From the NCBI RefSeq assembly GCF_009914755.1, contig NC_060929.1: a stretch of DNA of 64,000 nt; one strand, 5' to 3'. The notes below the pieces were generated by a model. That model was not told the origin of the DNA. It did not search any database and saw only the letters and a list, made by a program, of their open reading frames with translations. This DNA comes from the human T2T-CHM13v2.0 reference genome, Homo sapiens. Below are positions 40,480 to 57,825 of this stretch, one piece after another; within the stretch, counting starts at the first letter, position 1; every line of letters begins with the position of its first letter. Position numbers and translations under genes: made by a program.

Positions 40480-42206
40480 GAATCAACTTTTCTATTTCTG
40501 AGAAAAGGACTGATGAAATTTTGATAGAATTGCATTGAATCTTTAAACTGCTTTGGCTAGTATTGCCATCTTAACAGAATTAATAGTAAATCATTAACAT
40601 GGGAAGTTTTCCATTTATTTAGGTCTTTTAAAATTTCCTTCAGCAATGTCCTACAATTTTCAGTGTACAAGTCTTTCATTTTCTTGGTTAAATTCATTTC
40701 TAGGCATTTTATTCTTTTGGGTACTATTGTAAATAGAATTATTTTTCAGACTTCCTTTTTTGGATTATTTATTGCTGGCATAAAAAACACAACTGTACTG
40801 TGTTTTGCTCTTGTACCCTGCAACTTTGCTGAATTAGTTTATTATTCTTAAAGGATATTGGCCTGTAGACTTCTCTTCTTGTGGTGTCTTTATCTGGCCT
40901 TGGTATTGGTGTGGCCTCATAGAATGAGTTAGAATATGTTCCCTCTTATTCTGTTAATTTGGAATAGTTTGAGAAAGATTGATGTTAAATCTTTTTTATA
41001 TGTTTGGTGGAATTCACGTGAAATCTGGTGCTGGACTTTTCTTTATGAGGATGTTGGTTACTGATTAAATATCTAGTTGTTATAGGTGTTTTCAGATTCT
41101 CTATTTATTCTCAAATCAGTTTTAGTAATTTGTATATTTCCATGAATTTATATTCATATAGGTTAGTATATAGAATTTGTTGGCATATAATTACTTATAG
41201 TATTATAATCCTTTTTATTCCTATAAGGTCAGTAGTTATGTCCCCAGCTTTCATTTCTGAATTTAGTTATTTGCATCTTCCCTCTTTTTTTCTTAGTCTA
41301 GCTAAAGCTTTATCAATTTCATTGATTTTTTTAAAGGATCAACTTTTGTTTCATTTATTTTCTTCATTATTTTTCTTGTCACTATTCTCTAATTTTTATT
41401 ATTACTTTCTTCCTGTTAGCTTTGTCTTCAGTCTGCTCTTCATTTTCTAGTTCCTTAAGGTGGTAAGTTAGATTATTGATTTGTGATGTTGAACCAGCCT
41501 TGCATAGAAATAGAGGCATTTATGAGCTATAAATTTACCTCTGAACACCGCTTTTACTGTATTCCCTAAGTTTCTTTAATGCTATGTTTTTGTTTACTTT
41601 TATCTCTAAATATCTTCTAATCCTCCTTGTGGTTTCTTTTCTAGCATATTGATTGTTTCAGAGTGTGTAGTTTAATTTCTACATATTTGTGAACTTTTCT
41701 ATTTTCCTTGTTACTGATTTCTAGCTTCATGAAGCTAGAACCATGTTTTATATGGTTGCAATCCTTTTAACCTTAATAAAACTTGTTTGGCGGCCTGACA
41801 TATGGTCTATCCAGGAGAATGTTTCATGTACACTTGTGTATGTATTCTGCTAGAATTGTGTTTTTGTGCATGAAATAATGTACATGGGATTATAAAGGAA
41901 GCTATAATAATAGAATAGGAAATCTATATGAAATATAGTTATTAAAATATTTTAAAATGTGTAATATAGTAATATATGAGCTTTTTTATTTTATTTTATT
42001 ATTATTATACTTTGTTTTAGGGTACATGTGCACAATGTGCAGGTTTGTTAAATATATATACATGTGCCATGTTGGTGTGCTGCACCCATTAACTCATCAT
42101 TTAGCATTAGGTTTATCTCCTAATGCTATCCCTCCCCCCTCTCCTCACCCCACAACAGTCCCTGGAGTGCGATGTTCCCCTTCCTATGTCCATGTGTTCT
42201 CATCGT

Positions 42207-45845
<3,639 letters not shown>

Positions 45846-46199
45846 ATGATTGTTCCTTTGGAAGTTTTGTCTCAGAGGAGTACCTGGCCGTGTGAGGTGT
45901 CAGTGTGCCCCTACTGAGGGGTGCCTCCCAGTTAGGCTGCTCAGGGCTCAGAGACCCACTTGAGGAGGCAGTCTGCCCATTCTCAGATCTCCAGCTGCGT
46001 GCTGGGAGAACCGCTACTCTCTTCAAAGCTGTCAGACAGGGACATTTAAGTCTGCAGAGGTTACTGCTGTCTTTTTGTTTGTCTGTGCCCTGCCCCCAGA
46101 GGTGGAGCCTACAGAGGCAGGAAGGCCTCCTTGAGCTGTGTTGGGCTCCACCCAGTTCGAGCTTCCAGGCTGCTTTGTTTACCTCATCGAGCCTGGGCA

Positions 46200-46559
46200 A
46201 TGGCAGGCACCCCTCCCCCAGCCTCGCTGCCACCTTGCAGTTTGATCTCAGACTGCTGTGCTAGCAATCAGCAAAACTCCATGGGCATGGGACCCTCCGA
46301 GCCATGTGCGGGATATAATCTCCTGGTGTGCCATTTTTTAAGCCTATTGGAAAAGCGCAGTATTAGGGTGGGAGTGACCAGATTTTCCAGGTGCCATCTG
46401 TCACCCCTTTCTTTGACTAGGAAAGGGAACTCCCTGACCCCTTGCACTTCCCAAGTGAGGCAATGCCTCACCCTGCTTCAGCTCACGCACGATGCACTAA
46501 ACCCACTTTCCTGCACCCACTGTCTGGCACTCCCTAGTGAGATGAACCCGGTACCTTAG
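46200..46559 (+). CDS. L1 antisense ORF0-like ORF, 119 aa, expression unknown
   Basis: gcaATGg start. MAGTPPPASLPPCSLISDCCASNQ...EKRSIRVGVTRFSRC matches recalled ORF0p, then the frame continues to 46559. Confidence 0.45.
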   Translation: MAGTPPPASLPPCSLISDCCASNQQNSMGMGPSEPCAGYNLLVCHFLSLLEKRSIRVGVTRFSRCHLSPLSLTRKGNSLTPCTSQVRQCLTLLQLTHDALNPLSCTHCLALPSEMNPVP

Positions 46560-47975
46560 ATGGAAATGCAGAAATCACCCATCTTCTGTGTCGCTCACAC
46601 TGGGAGCTGTAGACTGGAGCTGTTCCTATTTGGCCATCTTGGCTCCACCACAATATATGAGCATTTAAATTAAAATTTGAAATAAGCTACCATAATCCTA
46701 AAGTAGTAATATGGATAAATAATATTTCAAGATTCCTGCATAACCTAAGGTGCCATGAAAATATCTATAATTTCCGCTGGTAATAGTCATAAGTACTACT
46801 AATACTACTGTGGTATTATTGGTATTAACAAAAATAAAGATGTGATTGTTTTACCCACCTAAGCTCATAGATATACTGTACTCTCTCCTCAGATTATCTG
46901 GTGGTCTAAAGAACCTAGATTAAGAGCTCTTGTTTAATGATTTGTCCTTCAGTTTGAAAAACATTGTTCTAAGCCATCAGATAAATAAATAGTTTTTCTA
47001 AGTTAAAGGAGGGAGAATGAGTAACCTCTTATAGCCTATCAGAAGTCATCTCCACCCTGGAAAAGAGACTGATTGTCCCCTCCTGGTGGCATCTTGGGCC
47101 CAAACTGGTATCAAACAATGTGAGTTCATCCTCATGTCTGAAGACCATCCTGATGGAAGGAAGAAGCTGGAATCTTGCCTCGGCTGCTGATGTCATTGTT
47201 TATGCTAAGAATATTGCTTTAGGGATAAACCCTTAGGCATTTTGTAAGACTAGAAGAGAAAGTCTCATTGCTGAGGCTTAATTAGTATTTGTGAAACACC
47301 AAGAGGTCTCTGTAGAAATGGCCTTGGGTAACAGCAAATTAGTATTTTTAATTATTATCATTAAAAATGAATATTTACAAGAAATTGGGCTGAAGGCCAT
47401 CTGGCCCAAACACGTTCCTAAGGGAGGCCATAAGCACTAAAGGAGGGAGGCAGGAGCATGGTGCAGAATGGATGGAACTATTTATAGCTTTTCAAGGCTT
47501 TTGTTTAGGTCATCAACTAGAAAGGGCATTTAAAAGTTAAGCTAAGCACCAAGAGACCCAATGGAAAGAATAAGTAAATATTGTTTGTTTTTAATTTTTG
47601 AGAAACATCTTCATATTTTGACATTAAAATGTGACAATATATATTTCTTCCTTTTCCTCATGTATATATTCTTCACTGTTTCTCTTAATTGAAAGAAACA
47701 AAGCAAACATTTAGTCATAATTCTATTTATATGCAGCCTTGGCAGGTCATTTTATTTCAGGGGCTCTGTGTGAGTATTTCCTCCTTAGCTACTTGCTTGG
47801 TATTGTATTGATGAAAGAATTAATATTTGAAAGGTTTTGTAGTATTTGAATTCTTTTAAAGTATAACTAATTTGTCATTTCTGTAATTCAATATAATGTA
47901 TTAAATATAGGATTGAATATTCAGGTATTAATTTTACTATTCAGATCATTTATTTTATCAAAATTTTAAAACTGT

Positions 47976-48133
47976 GGCTGAATGTGGTGGCGCCTGTAAT
48001 CCTAACTACTAGGAGGCAGAGGTGGGAGGATCACTTAAGTCCAGGAGTTGGAGGTTACAGTGAGCTGTGATTGCACCACTGCACTGCAGCCTGGGTGATA
48101 GGGCAAGTCTCTGTCTCTAAAATAGAGAAATAA
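47976..48133 (+). mobile_element. Alu monomer (FRAM/AluJ-like)
   Basis: Single monomer with gggaggatcacttaagtccaggagttggaggttacagtgagctgtgattgcaccactgcac. Confidence 0.9.
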
Positions 48134-48639
48134 TCTTTAAAAATAATTTATTAATTATAAAATATAAAAGCAAATCAAAGTTTTGTTGATTCAATATATT
48201 AATGAAATGATATATTGAATATTGCTCTTTATTCAGAGAAAAGAATATGTGCTACTTGATGACAGTGACAGTTCAGTGAAAGAGGCATCTCTCCTACTTT
48301 ACATTAGGTATGTAAATTGGTACATCATCTTTGAAAAGTAATTTGCAATATAACTCAAGGGCTTTAAAATAGTCATACCACTAAACTTCATAATACTGCT
48401 TCTGAGAATGTATCCCTCCAAAAACTCTAAATACAGAAAAATCCTTCTTTGCAAATATATTTACTACAGCATTATTTATTAAATAAAAGAGTGAAACAAT
48501 CTAAGTATTTCATAATAGAGGTCTGGTTATATAAAGGATATAATATTGATTTAGACATTAAAATAATATGTTATCAGAGTTTTAATAACATGAAAAATAT
48601 TCAAGAAATTATGTATTACATAACAAGTTTACAGTATAT

Positions 48640-48930
48640 AACAAGGCTTGTAACACAGTGGTAAAAGCGTAAGTTTCTTAGCTGTGTCCTTGGTCAGATT
48701 ATTTCCCCTGTGTCTCAGTTTCCTTATACGTGAAATGGAAATGATATTCCATTCCCTGAAAGAAAATGGAAAAATAAATAAATATAAAATGGAAATGATG
48801 GACTGTAAAATGACAGTACTTACTTTGTATAATTACCATGAAAATTAGGAGTTATTGTATGTCAATTGCTTAAAAGGTACCTGATACTAAGTAAGTGCTC
48901 CGTAGATGCTAGATGCTGTTATTATCATCA
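48640..48930 (+). mobile_element. MIR SINE with a small internal insertion
   Basis: tagctgtgtccttggtcagattatttcccctgtgtctcagtttcc...taagtaagtgctccgtagatgctag. Confidence 0.75.
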
Positions 48931-49739
48931 TCTACTGCAGGGTTGTCACAACAGGCTCAGGAAAAGAAACCAGCAGACACTGGCAAAGAATACACGTTCT
49001 TTAATGTAGACAAAAGATGCCACTTACTGCACAGAGATGGTTCTGCTAGGAAAGGGACACAGAAGTACTCTCAGTTGGAGGACCAAGCTTCTAGTGCCTT
49101 CTCCCTCCACAGGGGAACCCTGCTCCATAGATGCCACAGATAGTGTGAAGAACCACCAGGTCATTCAGCAGCCTGGTGAACCCTCCTGGCACCTCCCGGC
49201 TCTTCTCCTCACTCAGCCAGGGCCTGCTGGCTCACCAGTTGCAACACTGGTGGCAATCCCAGCATACCCTAAGTGATCACCAGGAGATGAAAAACCAAAT
49301 TTAGGTCAGTTTTCCAGACTTTAGGGTTTTGGAGTTTATCCCTACAATTGCTTGTTAGGTGAAAAAAACAGGATCCAAAATTAGGATATAAAATATCATC
49401 ACAAATATTCTATAAGAAATAATCCTGAATAGAAACCAAGAATCAAATTAAGGAAGCCAAAATATACCCAGATGTTGCTTTGGGGTAGTAAAACCATGGG
49501 TGATTAATTTTGTTCTTTTTCAAATTTTCTGTTTTCCAAAATTCTATAATTCAAATTCACTATTTTATAAACAAAAATGTAAACTAACAAGTAATAATGG
49601 TGGTGAGGATTTTCTACATCATGTGTGATCGCTCTCTTTTTTTGGCTTCACTTCAGATATAGTGTTTTTCATGGGGAATCTCTGTAACAGGCTGGTAAGA
49701 TACAGCCAAGGCAAATTTGATCACTATCAGTATAAATTA

Positions 49740-50240
49740 GGAAATGCAGTTGAAACTATCAGAAACACCTGATTAAACCTGAATAACAAATAGAATTTAT
49801 TAGTAATTAACCCAGTATTGGGGCTGTTTTCAGGGTGAAGGTTAATTCAACAGTATAATAATGTCAGTAAGAAACCCTTTCTCCCCCACCCTCCCTCCCT
49901 CCTTTTCTTTCTTCCTTCCTCTTATTCTTTCTTTCTTTCTTTGGTTTTCTTGTTCTTTCCATCTCTGCATCTGTAAGGTTGGTTTTATCCTAAGGCTGCC
50001 TCCTCTATGTTTGTCAGCAGCACCAAGGCTACAGGTCTTCTCATTCACACATACACAAATATCCTGTTGGGAGCAACTTAGGTCCGATGGTCATTCCTGA
50101 ATCAATTACTTTGGCTCAGAGAATGCCATACACTAATGGCTTAGGCTTGAATTTCAGGCTCATTTCTGAATCCATTACTGTACTAAAAGAGGTAGGATTT
50201 TCCTTATCAGTGCTGAGTGTAGCCCCATTTCTAAATGTTT
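49740..50240. mobile_element. Old MLT1 (MaLR) LTR relic
   Basis: aatttattag...ggttggttttatcctaaggctg...tcattcctgaatcaattactttggctcagagaatgccatacactaatggcttaggc. Confidence 0.55.
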
Positions 50241-52009
50241 AAAAACAATAAACAAATATAAAAGGTAAAGAGCTTAAACACAATTCTCAGAGTTCTCTTT
50301 TTCCCTTTTCCTCCTTCTGCTCTTCCTTGGGATTCAGTTTCTTTCTGGGGGGATAGGTACTAATGTATACTGCTATCCTCTGGAAAGGATGTAACATCTG
50401 TGTCATCTGTGCTCACTGACCTCCATACAGACACAGCCTATCCCATCTAGTCCCATCTCTGGGCACTGGCAACCACTGCTGATAGCTCTAGTCTCACCCA
50501 GTGCCTCCAGCCATGTGGTCCTTGTAATCTGTTGCAACTTCAGGTCCTTTGAGTCTTCCAGTTTATCCTCAGCCACTTCTGTGCTCCTTTGAGGAGGCCA
50601 TGGCAACCCAATTAGGTTCTGTGGGACTTTGTGAAGATATCTCCAGGTCTATCTACCCAGTCATCTACCACCCTCAGTCATTACTCCCTACACACAGGGT
50701 CATGTTGGAAATAACTTCCAGTATCAGATGCTGGTTACCTGTTTATTCAGAAGTCATCTCCAACCTGGAAAAGAGACTTTCTGGGGCTATGCCCCAGAAA
50801 GCCTGGTGGTGATTCTTCCAAAAATGGTGTTTTTTTTCCACTCCTCCCAGATACTCAGCCCTCCTACCCTCTTCATAGTCAGACGCTCCTTTCCCTTCTT
50901 ACAAAACCATGAATTCTCTAATATTTTATTTTTGGGAAAACTGTATGACCTCTTCCTTCAGGTTTTGGCTCTTGGTTTCCAAGCCAAGTTTTGAAAATTC
51001 CCGAAATTCTCACCTCTTTCATAAAAGTGACTTTCAAGATTATTGCCTCTACTATATGTTTTTAAAAGTCTGCTTTGGAGTTAAAAGCATGGAAATCAAC
51101 TCTTTGTTCTCAGTGAGTGCTTTTCTGTTTTTTTCTTTCCAGGGACAACAGTCTCAGCCTCCAGACCTTGTTTTAATTACAGAACGGCTTTAGAGTGAAA
51201 TCATAATTAAAGCAATTACATTGGAGAATATTTCAAAACATTGTCTTGCTACCATAATAAATGTCAAGAATGATGCAGACATTAAACACTATAGAGATCT
51301 AAGGAAAAGATAGATTAAGTTATAGCAATGGAAGATCAGATATGATTCATAAATGTAGTGAGACCAGATAATTCTTAAAGAATAAGTAGAAGTTTGATAA
51401 GAAGAAGAAAAGGAAAAGAGAAATGGAGTTGTTCTCAGTTATTTGCTTTTGTTGTAATGGATTATATTGTAGAATATTTTCTCTGATGAGCTGCTCCTTT
51501 AGCAAAGCTCTGACAGGAGTGTATCCACATATTTTTAAAGAATAAATGTTGATTACAAATATCATTTCCCTTAAGAGGGTACTTCATGTAATTCTCATCA
51601 ACTTCAGAAAATACTTTAAAAGCACATATTTTCTGCTCTAAGGTCAATGAACTGTCCTGAATTTTAGCGCTATCCCACATGACTGTGTTGGACTGGATCA
51701 GTGCCTCTCAAAATGGGGGATCACAAGAGTTTTATTTAATTTTCCTTTAGATCATGGTGTAAAAATACAAGCGAAAGCTGAAATTTATTATTTTTAGTAA
51801 TAACTTTTTTGGAAAATCTTTTCCGAAAAGTAAAGTTTCCTTTATTAAATATTTTTTTTTTTTTAATTTTACTTTGTTTTCTAACTGGGACCTATAGACT
51901 GTTCTTGAGAGTCCTTACATTACTATGTAAATAACGTCTCCAATAGCACTGTTTTCTTCCAGGAGTGATTCTTGCTGATTCCTAAAGTTTGAATTGCAGA
52001 TTTACTGTT

Positions 52010-52175
52010 TATTAGCTCTGTAACCTTGGACTTTTATTTAATCTTTGTCTTTGTATCCTTTTCTGTAAAAGGGGAATGAAAAACTTTATCTCACTATGTC
52101 TTGTGAGGATTAAATAAAGAAAATTAATTAAAACCTGATAGCTACCTTCATTCTGGTTAGAATTATTATTTGATA
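52010..52175 (+). mobile_element. MIR SINE fragment
   Basis: tagctctgtaaccttgg...ctgtaaaaggggaatg...ttgtgaggattaaataa. Confidence 0.7.
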
Positions 52176-53979
52176 ACATAAATGTCCATATTGTCATTTC
52201 TGTCATCGCATGCCTCCCGAGCGCATGTTTCTTGGGTCTTTTCTCTGTATACAAAAAGCTCTCTTGTAATCTATTTCTGCCCTAATGCTGGTGCCATGAA
52301 ACACCCTTTTAGTGTCTGTATCTGGGCTTGCCATTCTCCCCTTCTCCCTGGTAGTCACCTTTCCAGGAGGTGGGAACTGTTTCCAGCTACCCACTCATAT
52401 CTGCACTGAGGCTCGGGGAACAAGCCAGCGTGGGAGCCAAACTAATATAACTTGCCCCATTGGCTCCAGACAGCACTTCTGCCAGACAGGAGTCTGAGTC
52501 CTGGGTAGCCTTTTGGCTGAGGAGTTATTCAATAAAAACTTACAGAAGACTGTAGGATTAGTCTACTCAGCACTGGACAGATTTGAGCCCATAGAGTAAG
52601 ACAGGTTTTATGCTGTGGCAAAACTACATTTGCTTATTTGACTAAAGCAGTGTAACAGCTGAGGTTTGTTAAGTGACCAGGAAATGTAAAACACTTTACT
52701 TATGTTATCTCTAATACCCCTTCAAAAAAAATCCTTGCGAGATATGAATTACTATCCTTATTTTAGATTTGAAAATGCTGATGCTTGGCATTCAATGGCA
52801 CCAAACAAAACTACTGTCCGTATCTGTCAAACTTGAGGAATAGTCTATTTCTACCATTTTGTTCTACCTTCCTAAAAACTGGAAAGTATCTATTAGAACT
52901 ACTTCAGATAGAGGGTAGGCTGCTGATCAAAAGTACTCTTAGCTGGGTTGCTGATCTCACCTACCTTATCCTTCTTTTTGTACTGTTGAACTTAGAATCA
53001 TGCTTGACTTTGCATAGTTACTAACAGTACATTTGTAAATAATTTATGTTTCCACCTACAAGATAAATTCCTTGGGGATTGAGGTCTTGTGTATATTTCT
53101 ACCGTGGCTAGCACAATACAATGAACATTTATTTGTTCATTCCAAAGACATTTATTTAGGACCTACTATATTCAAGGTATTGTATTAGATAGATGCTACT
53201 GCAGACAAAATATAAAGGCACAAGGTATCTAATCATAAGGAAATTCTCCATCTAGTAGGAGAGCTACCTGGAATAACAGTTATAATGGAAGAAACTGAAG
53301 AAAATGATAGGTATTAGGGTTTTGGAAGTAATTAGAAAAATGACAATGGGTGGTTGGCAAAAGAAAGAAAGGCAAAATAAAGAGCAAAATTTTATTTTAT
53401 TTAACACTGCATCCCTCTTAGAGAAATAAAAATTAAAGGAGATTTTTCCTAGGTCTTGTGATTCTACCCTTGAATTTGAGAGTTCTGAGGCAGTTAGAAG
53501 TAGAGCATTCTGGAGGGTTTGGTGCCTTCTGGCATGAGATCATTGCAAACAGTTTACAACCAGGCCTGGGTTTAGAACAAGGTTTCTCTGAAGTGCCTCA
53601 ATCATATAGCTGCCATAAGACGGCTGAATAAAGTACCCAAGCAGGTGTTACTCTGCATTTCAGGGCCATACTGGTTGTACTTAGGAGAGAGATAACACAA
53701 GCCGCTATGGAATTTCAAATGTGAGAGAGAAAACTTCTGGTTGGAAAGGACCAGAAGAGGCTCCATAGACAGGAATATGCAGGCAGATAGAACAATCTTA
53801 GCAAAGCCCAGAGGCAGTAAACTTCGATATACGTCGATGTACTGAAAACATTTTGCCAGGAAGACAATTCAATTTGGCATTCTGGCCATTGAGCAAGTTG
53901 ACTTTGGAAAATTGGCCTGCTTCTGAAAGCAGGGATAAATATACGTCTTGGGACAAATATAAAAAGGGAGAAGAAATCA

Positions 53980-54230
53980 GTATACCATATTTATTGCTTT
54001 CCTACTTGGTATCAGACACTCTACTTCGCGTTTTATATGTATTATTTCACCTTTTCAGCAAGGCTTTATGATAGGTATTCATTATACTAATTTTTAGATG
54101 AGAAATGCTGAACATCACAGTCAGTGTGTAAAGGTGTTGCCCAAGATCTCAGTTACTTAGCTGAAGGGCTGTGATTGGAACACAGATTTACTTGGCTTTA
54201 ACTCTCTGTAGTTTCTGCTTTAATACACAG
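53980..54230 (-). mobile_element. MIR SINE
   Basis: tttattgctttcctacttggtatcagacact...tttttagatgagaaatgctga...ttgcccaagatc. Confidence 0.7.
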
Positions 54231-55805
54231 CCCAAGTTTGTGTTGAAGTAGGAAGACTTTATGAAGGGAAATTGGTGAAAATTGGTTTATAAAGGCACGC
54301 AGAGGCCAGAGCTTGCACGCCAAACCAAAGAGCTTGAACCTGACAGCTCGGAACCACTGATTCACTGGAAGAAAGAGAATGACAGTACATTATTTGGGCT
54401 TTTTGAAAATAAATCTTATAATCTTGTGCATAGGGTTAAGGAGACTACATAAAAACTCATTGCAGTAGGTCCAGTAGCAATAAAAATATACTTAATAACT
54501 TAAGTTGCAATGCAAATAGTAGAATAAAACAGATTTGAGAGAGGTAGAATGGCAAGACAATAGAAATTAGGGATTGATAGGTGGTAGGGCACTAGAAAAA
54601 GGAATGAGATTGTAATGAAAGCATAACTACTGAGGAAGTTTGGAAGTTATTATAGAGTAGATTCAGAAGGAAGGATGATATATTTCTGACATATAGAATT
54701 TCTGGAATCAATTCTATACACAGCAGAGATGTCCTCTTGGCAGGTGGAAATTTGTGACTTGCCCTTGGAAAAAGTTTGGGCTGGGATATAATTTAGGAGT
54801 CATTTACATAAAAAGAAATTAACTGTTATATACTTTATTTTGAATAAAATTACTTAGAGAGGGAAAGTGTAGTTAGAAAATAGAGTTAGACTAAGCTCTG
54901 CCCACTGGAAGAATTTCCCTTCATTACTGTTCTTTAGGGCTACTCCTGGTGGGAGGGATATAGACAGTAGCAACCTATTTTCAGCTAGAGCCAACATAGC
55001 GGGCCAACCCATCTGGGAAACAGGTTTGAGGTTTTTTTCCTCCATCAGCTGGCTATAAGACAGTTTTTACGAGGCCATAGTTGTAAATTATTGGAGGAGA
55101 GTTGGTGCAAAAAAGGTAGGTGTCATGGGAGTCTGGGCCATCTTATCATGCAACTTCTTTAGGCCTTTTGGCCCCACTCAGACTAAATGTGAATGTACCA
55201 TTTTTGCAGTGCAGTTGATTGCTACTGAGCCTACCCACCCTTATGATTTGGCGAATCTTATAATATCCAGCTCATGATGGGAACTTGGATCACACAGTCA
55301 CTTGATGGTCCATCATCAAGTGCTTCATCTTGACCAGGGCAGACTAGCGTGCTGGAAGCTGTTTATCAAATGGCAAGTAGTTCTCTGCCTCAAAAGGTGT
55401 GGCCTTACTCCAGAATCCTAAGGGTCTGTGCTGCAATTCTCTTCTGGGGCTGAGACTCCACATAGCATCCTTAGCCCTAATAGTAGAACTCTTGCCAGAA
55501 TGGCAGACAGCTTGTACCATAACCTGAACCTGAAGCAGAACCCCTTCTTCCATGGAACCCCCTCAAAACTGAGAACTTTTCAAGTCTTCAGAAAGATAGG
55601 TCAGAGAGATTTTCCCAAGTAGTGTACATGTTACCTTCAAAATCCAATGATATCTACCAAGTGCTGTGCTTGCTTTTGAGTGTTAAGGGTTTTGAGTTGC
55701 AACACTTTGTCTTCTGCCTTGGAGAGGATGACTCTGCCTGCCATTTGACCACTGGGCCTCTAAAGTATTTGCCAAAATAAGAGATTGCTGATTTTTTTTA
55801 AGATT

Positions 55806-56716
55806 ATATCAGTCAGCGTCTAATCGCAAGATGGAAACCACACAATAATTTGAACAGGGAAAGTTTAATATTAGAAATTCTTAACTATAATAGGAGACTA
55901 TAAAGATTTAAACAGAACTCTAGAGGATAGCCTAACGTTGAAGGAAAATATGCAAGGGAAAAATAATCGTGTTTGGTAGGGGCAGGGGGTAGTCTCCTCA
56001 GCAAGGCTGGGATTCAAATTCTCAGAAAAGGTGCAGTTAGTTGCAGCTTCCTGGATGGTAAAGAAATTCACTGGTTTGCCTAGGCCAGAGATGGCCTACG
56101 ATCTCTGAACAAACAGGAGATACCTCTCTGGAATGCAGGCAGGCCAAGGCAGGCTGGTGGGTGGGCTCACATAGAGTGTTAGGCTCAGGAGCCTGCTTAA
56201 CATGGAGTGGGGGTTCCTTCCTTGGGATGTATGTTATCTCTGTGTTGGGGTACCAAGAGAAATAAACCTCCAGGCTGTGGATGGGTCAAGGGAGTCAGGG
56301 CATCAGGAGCTTGCTCACCTTCAGGGTAGCACAGAGCCTGAGGATCTGTATATACATCCAGAGGGCCTCAGCCAGATGGTCTCTGGGCCACGGCTAGGGC
56401 TGAGGCTGCAAGTTCCCAAAGGGATTGTGGGTACTGGGGGTGCTGCTATGGCAAGGCACTGCTGGATGTCCACACATACATACACACACACTCTCTTCTG
56501 CTAGTTGCACAGTAGGAACAAAAAGAAGCAAAACAGCAGCACAACTGGACCAGGAAGAGAAACCCCTTTCTCCTGAAATGTCCCTCCAGTGCCCTCTATT
56601 GACAAAGATTAACATGCTCACTGCAAAGGAGAGATTCTTAAATGTTTCCAGTCCACTACCAGAAAATAGGTTTATAGGTCTAAAAGGGCAGATAAAGCAA
56701 TATACTTGTAAGTGAC
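55806..56716 (-). mobile_element. ERVL-type solo LTR (LTR41/LTR52-like) nested in pol
   Basis: atcagtcagcgtctaatcgcaagatggaaaccacacaataatttgaacagggaaagtttaata...tgtccctccagtgccctctattgacaaag. Pol homology resumes on the far side. Subfamily uncertain. Confidence 0.6.
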
Positions 56717-57489
56717 AGAGGGATTAAACACTACCCTGTGGCATGCATATTTTTTATTAGGGTAATTTTTGTTTTCTGATCATCAGGTCTAATAACATGA
56801 TGTCATCAACTGTAGTGAAACAGCATAATATTCTTTGGTATGTCAAGGTGATCAAGGTTTCTATAGATTGCATTATGACAGAGAGAAGTAGAGTTGTCAT
56901 AGCCCTGGAGCAACACTGTGAATTTGAACTGGTATCTTTACTGCATAAAAGCAAACTGCTTTTGATTTCCTTTACTGATGGTGATTAAGAAAGACACATT
57001 TGCCAGCTATATAGCATTCACCAGATCTGCCTGCCAAGTGCCACAGTCTATGTTGATCTCTCCAATAAGGATAGCACATTCAGCACAGCAGCTGTGACTG
57101 GGGCTACTACTTGGTTAACTTTATAGGTGCCCACTATCATGTATCATGCTGTATCTGGTTTTGCAGAGGCCAAACAGATAAATTGAATTAAAGTCCCTGA
57201 TAGTGATACTAATCTCTGCAATTCTGGAACATGACATTGTTTCTAATTTGCTATGTAATTGGAGGTGGGGTGGTTATAAGGCTCTCATTTGGCTCTTTCT
57301 ACAAAAATGATTCATGCTTTACTGGTCAGAGAACAAAAGTAAGAGTTCTGCTAGATACTAATGATATGTAGCTCAATTATACTTTTAGGGACCAGGAAAA
57401 TAACCACAGGATGGGTCTGAGGACCTGATGGAAATGTATTTAGGGCAGAAGTACCTTTACTACCCACCTTTCATCAGTTCACACTTAAA

Positions 57490-57825
<336 letters not shown>

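Larger units (their letters stand above)
38806..41855 (-). mobile_element. Old L1MB/L1MA-like LINE fragment, internally deleted and interrupted
   Basis: L1MB-type 3'UTR (ttctggatatttcatacaaatg...ttttgtgtctggcttc) and ORF2 remnant (LILKFIWN...AWYWHKDKHTDQ). Confidence 0.85.

Noticed and set aside
48913-49276. GC-richer unique patch with 76-79 aa ORFs and a 7-bp hairpin
   Set aside because: No recognisable protein similarity. The first ORF starts in a MIR tail and the stem is too short to be meaningful.
53821-53840. Small CpG cluster/quasi-palindrome tcgatatacgtcga
   Set aside because: Too short to be a CpG island or a supported element.
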